A stretch of DNA of 64,000 bases from Eledone cirrhosa (Eukaryota): positions 18,414,001 through 18,478,000 of the forward strand of contig OZ024746.1 in NCBI GenBank assembly GCA_964016885.1, given 5' to 3'. Positions 27,947 through 41,000 of this stretch are shown here, one piece after another. The first letter of the stretch is position 1; the number at the start of each line of letters is the position of its first letter. The position numbers were made by a program, and so were the translations under genes. The notes under the pieces are model-generated. The model did not search any database, was not told where the DNA came from, and saw only the letters and a program-made list of their open reading frames with translations.

Positions 27947-28139
27947 GTATGTATATATATGTATGTGTATATATATATATGTATGTGTATATATATATAT
28001 GTATGTGTATATATATATATGTATGTGTATATATATATATGTATGTATATATATATATATGTATGTATATATATATATATGTATTGTATATGTATGTATT
28101 GTATATATATGTATGTATTGTATATATATGTATGTATTG

Positions 28140-28170
<31 letters not shown>

Positions 28171-28263
28171 GTATATATATGTATATGTATGTATGTATAT
28201 ATATGTATGTATGTATATATATGTATGTATGTATATGTATGTATGTATGTATATGTATGTATG

Positions 28264-28302
<39 letters not shown>

Positions 28303-28547
28303 GTATATATATGTATGTGTATATATATGTATGTGTATATATATGTATGTATGTATGTATATATATATATGTATGTATATATATATATGTATGTATATAT
28401 ATATATGTATATATGTATGTATATATATATATGTATATATATATATGTATATATATATATGTATATATATATATGTATATATATATATGTATATATATAT
28501 ATGTATGTATATATATATATGTATATATATATATGTATATATATATG

Positions 28548-28580
<33 letters not shown>

Positions 28581-28755
28581 GTATATATGTATATATATGT
28601 ATATATATATATGTATATATATGTATATGTATATATATATATGTATATATATGTATATGTATATATATATATGTATATATATATATGTATATATATATAT
28701 GTATATATATATATGTATATATATGTATATATATATGTATATGTGTATGTATATG

Positions 28756-28820
<65 letters not shown>

Positions 28821-28961
28821 GTATATATGTATATATATATGTATATATATATGTATATGTATATATATATATGTATATATATATATGTATATATATATGT
28901 ATATATATATGTATATATATATGTATATGTGTATATATATATGTATATATATATGTATATG

Positions 28962-29008
<47 letters not shown>

Positions 29009-29095
29009 GTATATATATATATGTATATATATATATATGTATATATATATATGTATATATATATATGTATATATATATATGTATATGTATATATG

Positions 29096-29140
<45 letters not shown>

Positions 29141-29352
29141 GTATATATATGTATATATATATATATGTATATATATATATGTATATATATGTATATATAT
29201 ATATGTATATATATGTATATATATATATATGTATATATATATATGTATATATATATATATGTATATATATGTATATATATATATATATATGTATATATAT
29301 GTATATATATGTATATATATGTATATATATATATATATATGTATATATATGT

Positions 29353-29386
<34 letters not shown>

Positions 29387-29618
29387 GTATATATATGTAT
29401 ATATATGTATATATATATATATATGTATATATATGTATATATATATATATATATGTATATATATGTATATATATATGTATAATGTATATGTATATATATA
29501 TGTATATATATATATGTATATATATATGTATATATGTATATGTATATGTATATATATATATGTATATATATATGTATATATATATGTATATATATGTATA
29601 TGTGTATATATATATATG

Positions 29619-29677
<59 letters not shown>

Positions 29678-29704
29678 GTATATATGTATATATATATATG
29701 TATG

Positions 29705-29757
<53 letters not shown>

Positions 29758-29855
29758 GTATTATATATATATATGTATATGTATGTATATCTATGTATAT
29801 ATATATATATGTATGTATATATATATATATGTATGTATATATATATATATGTATG

Positions 29856-29946
<91 letters not shown>

Positions 29947-30058
29947 GTATATATATGTATATATATATATATGTATATATGTATATATATATATGTATAT
30001 ATATGTATATATATATATATGTATATATATGTATATATATATATATGTATTATATATG

Positions 30059-30131
<73 letters not shown>

Positions 30132-30217
30132 GTATATATATATATGTGTATATATATGTATGTATATATATGTGTATGTATATATATGTATATATATATA
30201 TATGTATATATATGTAT

Positions 30218-30252
<35 letters not shown>

Positions 30253-30784
30253 GTATATATATGTATATATATATATATATATGTATATATATGTATATAT
30301 ATATATATATGTATATATATGTATATATATATATATATGTATATATATGTATATATATATATATATATGTATATATATGTATATATATATATGTATATAT
30401 ATGTATATATATATGTATATATATATATGTATATGTATATATATGTATATATATATATGTATAATGTATATATATGTAATATATATATATAATGTATATA
30501 TATATATGTATATATATATATATGTATATATATGTATATATATATATATATGTATATATATGTATATATATATATATATGTATATATATGTATATGTATA
30601 TATATGTATATGTATATATATGTATATGTATATATATGTATATATGTATATGTATATATATGTATATGTATATATATGTATATATATGTATATATATGTA
30701 TATGTATGTATATGTATATGTATATATATGTATATGTATGTATATGTATATGTATATATATGTATATATATGTATATATATATG

Positions 30785-30817
<33 letters not shown>

Positions 30818-31071
30818 GTATATATGTATATATATATGTATATATATATGTATATATATATGTATATGTATATATATATATGTATATATATATATGTATA
30901 TATATATGTATATATATATGTATATATATATGTATATGTATATATATATATGTATATATATATATGTATATATATATATGTATATATATGTATATATATA
31001 TGTATATATATATATGTATATATATATATGTATATATATATATTATATATATATATGTATATATATATATG

Positions 31072-31116
<45 letters not shown>

Positions 31117-31195
31117 GTATATATATGTATATATATATATATGTATATATGTATATATATATATGTATATATATATATGTATATATATATATATG

Positions 31196-31240
<45 letters not shown>

Positions 31241-31343
31241 GTATATATATATATATGTATATATATATATGTATATATATGTATATATATATATGTATAT
31301 ATATGTATATATATGTATATATATATATATATGTATATATATG

Positions 31344-31374
<31 letters not shown>

Positions 31375-31375
31375 G

Positions 31376-31406
<31 letters not shown>

Positions 31407-31410
31407 GTAT

Positions 31411-31441
<31 letters not shown>

Positions 31442-31509
31442 TATATATATATGTATATATATATGTATATATATATGTATATATATGTATATGTGTATAT
31501 ATATATATG

Positions 31510-31562
<53 letters not shown>

Positions 31563-31563
31563 G

Positions 31564-31608
<45 letters not shown>

Positions 31609-31645
31609 GTATATATATATATGTATATATGTATATATATGTATG

Positions 31646-31715
<70 letters not shown>

Positions 31716-31809
31716 TGTATATGTATGTATATGTATGTATATATATATATATATATGTATGTATATATATATATATGTATGTATATATATATATATGTAT
31801 GTATATATG

Positions 31810-31840
<31 letters not shown>

Positions 31841-31961
31841 GTATATATATGTATATATATATATATGTATATATATGTATATATATATATATGTATATAT
31901 ATGTATATATATATATATGTATATATATGTATATATATATATATATGTATATATATGTATA

Positions 31962-32040
<79 letters not shown>

Positions 32041-32698
32041 GTATATATATATATATGTGTATATATATGTATGTATATATATGTGTATGTATATATATGT
32101 ATATATATATATATGTATATATATGTATATATATATATATATGTATATATATGTATATATATATATATATGTATATATGTATATATATATATATATATGT
32201 ATATATATGTATATATATATATATATATGTATATATATGTATATATATATATATGTATATATATGTATATATATATATGTATATATATATATATGTATAT
32301 ATATGTATATATATATATGTATATATATGTATATATATATATGTATATATATATATATGTATATATATGTATATATATATATATATGTATATATATGTAT
32401 ATGTATATATATGTATATGTATATATATGTATATATATGTATATGTATATATATGTATATGTATATATATGTATATATATGTATATATATGTATATGTAT
32501 GTATATGTATATGTATATATATGTATATATATGTATATATATGTATATATATGTATATATATATATATTATATGTATATATATGTATATATGTATATATA
32601 TGTATATATATATGTATATATATGTATATATATATATATATATGTATATATATGTATATATGTATATATATGTATATATATATATATGTATATATATG

Positions 32699-32735
<37 letters not shown>

Positions 32736-32894
32736 GTATATATATGTATATATATATATATGTATATATATGTATATATATATATATGTATTTATATGTA
32801 TGTATATATATATATATGTATTTATATGTATATATATGTATATATATGTATGTATATATATATGTATTTATATGTATATATATGTATATATATG

Positions 32895-32935
<41 letters not shown>

Positions 32936-32946
32936 GTATATATATG

Positions 32947-32977
<31 letters not shown>

Positions 32978-33072
32978 GTATATATATGTATATATATATA
33001 TATATGTGTATATATGTATATATATATATATATGTATATATATGTATATATATATATATATGTATATATATG

Positions 33073-33103
<31 letters not shown>

Positions 33104-33104
33104 G

Positions 33105-33135
<31 letters not shown>

Positions 33136-33146
33136 GTATATATATG

Positions 33147-33177
<31 letters not shown>

Positions 33178-33238
33178 GTATATATATGTATGTATATATA
33201 TATATGTATGTATATATATGTATATATATATATGTATG

Positions 33239-33274
<36 letters not shown>

Positions 33275-33345
33275 TGTATGTATATATATATGTATGTATA
33301 TATATATGTATGTATATATATATGTACGTATATATATATGTATGT

Positions 33346-33409
<64 letters not shown>

Positions 33410-33823
33410 ATATATATATGTATGTATGTATATATATATATGTATGTATGTATGTATGTATATTATATATATGTATGTATATATATATGTATGTATATAT
33501 ATATGTATGTATATATATATATGTATGTATATATATATGTATGTATATATATATATGTATGTATATATATATATGTATGTATATATATATATGTATGTAT
33601 ATATATATATGTATGTATATATATATGTATGTATATATATATATGTATGTATATATATATGTATGTATATATATATGTATGTATATATATATGTATGTAT
33701 ATATATATATGTATGTATATATATATATGTATGTATATATATATGTATGTATATATATATATGTATGTATATATATATATGTATATATATGTATGTATGT
33801 ATATATATATATGTATATATATG

Positions 33824-33862
<39 letters not shown>

Positions 33863-34770
33863 GTATGTATATATATATGTATATATATATATATATGTAT
33901 GTATATATATATATGTATGTATATATATATGTATGTATATATATATGTATGTATATATATATGTATGTATATATATATATGTATGTATATATATATATGT
34001 ATATATATATATGTATATATATATATGTATATATATATATGTATATATATATATGTATGTATATATATATATGTATATATATATATGTATATATATATAT
34101 GTATATATATATATGTATGTATATATATATATGTATATATATGTATGTATATATATATATGTATATATATATATGTATATATATATATGTATGTATATAT
34201 GTATGTATATATATATATGTATGTATATATATATATGTATGTATATATATATATGTATGTATATATATATATGTATGTATATATATATATATATGTATGT
34301 ATATATATATATGTATGTATATATGTATGTATATATATATATATATGTATGTATATATTATGTATATATATATATATGTATGTATATATGTATGTATATA
34401 TATATATGTATGTATTTATATATATATGTATGTATTATATATAGTATGTATTGTATATATATGTATGTATGTATGTATATATATATATGTATGTATATAT
34501 ATATATGTATGTATATATATATATGTATGTATATATATATATGTATGTATATATATATGTATGTATATATATATGTATGTATATTTTATGTATGTATATA
34601 ATGTATGTATATTTATATATGTATGTATATATATATGTATGTATATAGATGTATTTTGTATGTATATAGATGTATGTATATAGATGTATGTATATATATA
34701 TGTATGTATATATATATGTATGTATATATATATGTATGTATATATAGATGTATGTATATATATATGTATG

Positions 34771-34807
<37 letters not shown>

Positions 34808-34822
34808 TGTGTATATATATGT

Positions 34823-36258
34823 ATGTCGGAGGTAACATGTCGGAGGTAACATGTCGGAGCCTATCTCAGTAAAAAATGGAGTGAAACAGGGGGGATATTC
34901 CAGCACCGACCCTGTTTGCCATATACTTTGCAATGGTTTTCTGTATTGCATTCAGGAATTGCGAGCATGGTGTTTACATCCGATATCGAACCTCAGGCAG
35001 CATATTTAACATCAGGCGCTTTGCTGCGAAGACAAAAGTATTTACATCAGTCATAAGAGACCTCTTGTATGCAGATGATTGCGATCTTGTAGCGCACACA
35101 GAGAGTGATATGCAGCACATTTTGAATGTATTTTCTGACGCTTGCACTGCCCTGGGTTTGGACTGTCAGTCTCAAGAAAACCGTCGTCATGTACCAACCT
35201 GCACCTGGTAGGCAGTACACTGAACCAAACATCTATGTGTATGGCAAACGACTTGGAGTGGTTGATCAGTTTGTCTACCTGGGAAGCACTGTCAATCGAT
35301 ACGGCAACCTTGACAGTGAAATCTCACTTAGGATTAGGAAAGCAAGTGATGCTTTCGGAAAGCTAGAAAGGCGACTCTGGGGTCGGCGAGACATATGCAG
35401 GAGGACAAAGGTAAAGGTGTACAGGGCATGTGTACTCTCTTGTCTTCTTTATGCCTGCGAGACCTGGGTCACATATCGACGCCACCTTAAGCAATTGGAG
35501 CGTTTCCATCAGATGTGTCTCAGACGGATACATGGCGTTCGCTGGAGGGACCACATCAGTGATGTCGAGATTTTGGAAAGCTCTATGTGTGACAGTATAG
35601 AAGCTCTTGTGCTTAAGCAGCGACTCCGTTGGAGTGGTCACCTTGCCAGGATGAAGGATTCTAGAATACCAAAACAACTCTTCTATGGAGAGTTGGTTAA
35701 AGGAAAACGACCGCCACATAAACCAAAAAAGAGGTATAAGGATTCCTTGAAGGCCTCTCTGAAAGACGCTAACATCTCTGCTGATACATGGGAAAATATT
35801 GCTGCTGATCGTAATAAATGGAGAAAGACTGTATATGAGGGAAAAGTTGCCTTTGAGGCATCTCGAATCGCACACGAGAAAGTAAAGCGGGACGTGAGGA
35901 AGGGTATTGCTGTTGCACTTCCAGACGGCGAGGGTCCTCCTATGTTTCTGACATGCAGCGTCTGTGCGAGACTCTGCCTAAGCAAAGCTGGACTCGAAAG
36001 TCATCTTCGCAGTCATAAAGTAAGACCAGTGGTTGACTACCAGGCTGCTGTTGGAGATGCTACTCATCATGCTTGCCAAACATGTGGTAGAGAATGTAAA
36101 TCAGCAGGAGGACTCAAGCGACATGCAAAAGTACACGAACTCCAACCACAGCCGACTATTCCCAGTAAATGTTTTGGTTGCCGACTCTGTGCAAGACATT
36201 TTGGATCATTGGCTGGGCTAAAAAGCCACATTCGATCGCAGCACTGTTAGTTGCTATC

Positions 36259-36300
<42 letters not shown>

Positions 36301-36379
36301 GCTTATGTGCGTGCGTGTGTGTGTATATATATATGAATATGTATATTGTTATTGTTGTTGTCGTTATTATTATTATTGC

Positions 36380-36427
<48 letters not shown>

Positions 36428-36499
36428 CTTTTTTTTTTTTTTTTTTTTTTTTTTTATTGTGCAATGGCCATACTCGATAACGAGGGGGGCAGCCATCAT
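34823..36499 (+). mobile_element. 5'-truncated RTE-clade LINE (RT C-terminal half plus three C2H2 fingers)
   Basis: NGVKQG..PTLF, DLLYADD, FVYLGS and LRWSGHLARM..RIPKQLFYGEL motifs; stop at 36250. Two +1 frameshifts in G runs (~34890 and ~35160). The 3' UTR has (GT)n, (TAT)n, poly-T and a terminal hairpin. Confidence 0.92.
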
Positions 36500-36705
36500 G
36501 TATATATATATGTATGTATATATGTATGTATGTATATATGTATGTATATATATATGTATGTATATATATATGTATATATGTATGTATATATATATGTATG
36601 TATATATATATGTATGTATATATATATATGTATGTATATATGTATATATGTATGTATGTATATATATATGTATATATATATGTATGTATATATATATGTA
36701 TGTGT

Positions 36706-37320
36706 CAGGTCACCAGTTGGTGCTACTGTTAACATGTATTCCAGTACAACCTGTCCCATGGTCGGGTCGTTGGCGACTAAACTTGCAACCCCACCAAGGT
36801 TTCTTGGTGAGGAGGGTGACTCTGGACATCCTGCAGGACTAAAAACAAAACCTGTCAAAGGGCAAAGGAGCTCTTTAGAGTCAATGGCCATCCCAAATCA
36901 CTGGGAGAGATGACCCCTTAGCCTTTGTCAAGGCAGAATTCTAGGAGAAGGAAAACTCTGATATAACACCTGCAACCCTGATGGCATCCAATGATGTTGA
37001 CTTGTTCTTCTTTTTGGTAAATATCATCTTGGTTAAGAGAGTGGGACTGGCTTTGTGCAGTGCCTTTGCTCACTATAAAAGCTTCACGGCACAGGCATTG
37101 CTTTATATCTGGAGATCTCTGATCTCTCTGCACTTGTCGTCACATGGTACCATGGGCCCAGCACTATGTGTCAATAATTGTCACAGGTGCAGTGTTTGTA
37201 CCAGAGTTTTCAAGTCGCTGGCTGGACTAAAAAGTCGCACTCGTTCAGCGCATTGGTGGGGGTTCTCCTACATGAATATAAAGTAGTGGCCGTACTCGAA
37301 AACGAGTTGGCAGCCACCAT
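36706..37320 (+). mobile_element. Non-autonomous (internally deleted) RTE derivative
   Basis: Non-coding 5' part resembling an RTE 5' UTR, then a remnant finger [22 protein letters not shown]. Its 3' terminus (TGGCCRTACTCG-ANAA-CGAG..GGCAGCCAYCAT) is shared with the LINE at 34823-36499. Confidence 0.7.
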
Positions 37321-37670
37321 GTATATTATATATGTATGTATATATATATGTATGTATATATATATGTATATATATATATATATGTATATATATATGTATA
37401 TATATATGTATATATATATATGTATATATATATGTATATATATGTGTATATATATGTGTGTATATATATGTGTATATATATATGTGTATATATATGTGTA
37501 TATATATGTATATATATATGTGTATATATATGTGTATATATATGTGTATATATATGTGTATATATATGTGTATATATATGTGTATATATATGTATATATA
37601 TATGTATATATATATATGTATATATATATATGTATATATGTATATATATATGTATATATGTATGTATATA

Positions 37671-37751
<81 letters not shown>

Positions 37752-37764
37752 CTATCTATCTAAG

Positions 37765-37863
37765 GCGGGTAAAAATCCCTGTCCTTAGGGCATCAACATA
37801 TGTTAACCTTGGTCTTCCTCTTCTAGTGTGTCCATGTAGGGGCTCCCAAAGGAGCACTGAGTG
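37765..37863 (-). mobile_element. RTE LINE 3' fragment adjoining the gap
   Basis: Minus strand reads [25 protein letters not shown], an RTE C-terminal motif. Confidence 0.65.
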
Positions 37864-38063
37864 NNNNNNNNNNNNNNNNNNNNNNNNNNNNNNNNNNNNN
37901 NNNNNNNNNNNNNNNNNNNNNNNNNNNNNNNNNNNNNNNNNNNNNNNNNNNNNNNNNNNNNNNNNNNNNNNNNNNNNNNNNNNNNNNNNNNNNNNNNNNN
38001 NNNNNNNNNNNNNNNNNNNNNNNNNNNNNNNNNNNNNNNNNNNNNNNNNNNNNNNNNNNNNNN
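37864..38063. other. Assembly gap (200 N)
   Basis: Run of N; the sequence resumes inside an SMCHD1 exon. Confidence 1.
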
Positions 38064-41000
38064 GTGCTGTGGACCAACGACAAATTCCAAGTCAGCACAA
38101 ATAAACTGACTTTCATTGATTTGGAGATGAAACTGAAGGAAAAAAGCACTGTTTTTTGTCGAATCATTAATGGCCATGTAAGTTTAATTTAAAACCTAAA
38201 TTCATAAATTGAATGTTAATATAACCAGTCATGAGAAAATGTGTGAATGTGGCTGAATTATCTTCATACTATTGAAATTTAAATCAACTGACCAGTCATT
38301 GTGTAGAGATTTTTGTTAAAATTGTTTTTGGTGTATGTATTTCAACAAGGCCAACTGGGAGAACAAGGGTGTCAACATAGATGGTGAACTCTTCTGCCAC
38401 CTAGATTTTGCAGATGGCAACATTCTAATAGCCCATACACCACAAGAATTGAAGGAGATGTTCAATGTTATCCACACTGAGCCAACCAGTAGACCTTAAC
38501 ATCCATCTTGGGAAACCAAGGCCATGTTTAATAGCCACCACCAGTGGAATGAGACTCAAAGGAGATGACGAAGGAATGTGGTGAGTGGAGAGATGGTTTG
38601 CTGAAAAGGATCTGTCCAAATCATGCAAGCATGCAAAAACTGATGTAAAAACGACGACGATGATGATCTTTGATTGCTGTGCATGGGTGGTTTCTGTTTG
38701 CAATATTTTGGGTGCACTAGTTAGAGCTGGATCAACCCATGCTAGGCATATACCGATACACCTAGTACAAGTAATTCATTAATTTCCACCACTCAGTCAT
38801 TTTTATTACTGCCACTTTCATCCTCCTTTAACACAAGACCAAACCATCTCATTCCATTTCTTTTCACTGGCTCTATTTTCATAATCTTCTACAATTCATT
38901 GTTTGTCTATCTCTCTGAGTAACATCCTGCTCATTCACTGAACCATTCTCATTTACATTCTTTCTAGCCTTGTCTGGCACTTCCCACACATGCAGCAAGT
39001 ACCTTTACCTTCAGTTACAGTGCTATCTCCCACCTCCTTAGCATACCTCAGTTCTCAGAATTTCTTCCAGACACATCTTATTCTAGCTACAGTCTCCAAC
39101 TTGGTTCAACTTCCTCCATTTCACTGTCTCCTTGGTAACAAAACCTTTTCACACCTTCCATCCTCATACTATTTCCAAAATCATGCTTAACAATTTCTTC
39201 ATCTGTTTTTAATGCATTATTTATTGATCCTCTCTAACAAATATTTATTTTTTAAAAAACTTTTTCTATTGTAGGAAAAACGAACTGGTATTGACAAGGA
39301 ATTTGTTAATTGGCTAAAAGAATGTCATGAAAAATTCGACAAACAAATTCACTTTTCAGAATTTAAAGGCCATGCTCTCCGACCTGATCTCCCCAAACAC
39401 AGGCAAACTCCTTGGTCGGTTTATGAACAAGTTGAATGGGATGGGAAGATATTTAAAAAGGGCAACTTGGTAAGACTAAATTTAGTTTTCTGTTGCATGG
39501 TGTTCAATCTTATTTTATTTCTATTTAATTGGTATTTGATATTAAGTCAGTTATGTTGTTTTTTATTTGTTTGTTTATACCTTCTTTTCTTACTAGTAAG
39601 TTTTAATTCATTTCATGTGTAGTTTTGTTACTTTTCACTTTAGCATAGGCTCAACTCTCAAGTTATCCCAGTTACAGTCTGTTCCAAGCCATACATCTTC
39701 TATTTAGACAAATATATGAAAGATGAGATTAATAGTTTCATAAATTTAATTTTCAGTACACATAGTAAACCTTGTATATGAAAGTATAGTTTTGTTGTGA
39801 AACTTAAACTATTTTTCAATAAATATATCAGAAAAACTTTTCAGTGTATATGACACTAGATGTTTCATTTTTTTTTTTTATGTTAGGTTCGAATTAGTCG
39901 CACTGTTCCTACAATTCTTGGTACCATCAAATGCTTCTTACTGTATGGAGACCATGAAGGGGAAGTGTATGCAACTGGTGGTGACATTCAACTCATACAG
40001 GTATAAATTTTTTATTACCATTTTACATGGCTGAGCTCAATAATATTTCTTCTTTAATCATTATAAACTGACATATTTTATGACATCAATTTATTTAGAT
40101 TTTGAAATAATTTCAACTCATTTGTTGCAGGAACCACGCTGCTTGTATAATGAAGTAAAAGTACAACCTCTGTTTAAGTTAGACCGTTTGGCAACACCAC
40201 ATCAAGTTAAAAAAGCAATTGAAGAAGAAGAGGCCAAGTGAGACTCTTTCTATTTATTATTGATTTCCTATAGGGTTCCCAGGCCACATATATATAGAAG
40301 AGGGTTGTGGTCAATTGAATGGACTATTGTGTATGTTTGGTACTTATTTTCTTCCTTCACTTTGAGAGGGATGAAAGGTAGGATTTGAACTCAGATTGTT
40401 GAAGACAACTGGTACAAAATACTTAAAATCTGCTGCTCCACTGTTTCTTCATAAAAATCAAGAAATCAGCTATGTGTACTTGATATTTGTTCATATTTAA
40501 ATTAAAAAACTTCCATCATAATTTTATTTAAGTACCTTTTGCCATGTTTCAAAGACCAACTTAATATACCAATTAATGAAAAAGTTATTTTCTTAAATCC
40601 CTTCAAATTCTTTATTATTTTCATTTGAAATATGGTCACCAAATGATTCAAAGACACTTTTTAAAAGTGAATGGTAATAGGGATATCTGGTGTTTTTTTG
40701 TATTTAGCTTGACACTTCACTGTTTTGCGATCAAATCCTATAGAATTTGGAAGATTTATACTTATATTATGAAATCAATCAACAAAATCTCAGATCTCAT
40801 TTGCTTACCAAGTGGGGGGATCTCGTCAAATCGGAGACGAAGGAAATATTATTTCTATTGCTGATACCATCTACCAGTTGTAACGGGAAATAAAGTGTCA
40901 TGCTCAAGGGCATACTGCGTTGCCCAGTCCGGCAGCCAAACTTGCAACCTCACGATTATGAATCCAACTCTCTAACCTCTAAGCCACGAGCCTATACTTA

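Larger units (their letters stand above)
22720..34825. repeat. Giant compound (TA)n/(TATG)n microsatellite, ~12 kb, interrupted at 26150-26351 and 26838-27185
   Basis: Directly visible. Further blocks at 36500-36705 and 37321-37760. Confidence 0.99.

Noticed and set aside
34823-34859. 14-bp direct repeat at the LINE 5' junction as a target-site duplication
   Set aside because: Both copies are on the same side and derive from element sequence (slippage at ATGTCGGAG). A real TSD cannot be resolved in the microsatellite.
22849-34951. Very long ORFs (up to 1636 aa) of Y/I/M/C/V or H/T
   Set aside because: Translations of a stop-free TA/TG microsatellite, open in several frames at once; not genes.
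35363-35985. Minus-strand ORFs of 170 and 100 aa
   Set aside because: Antisense shadows of the RTE ORF.
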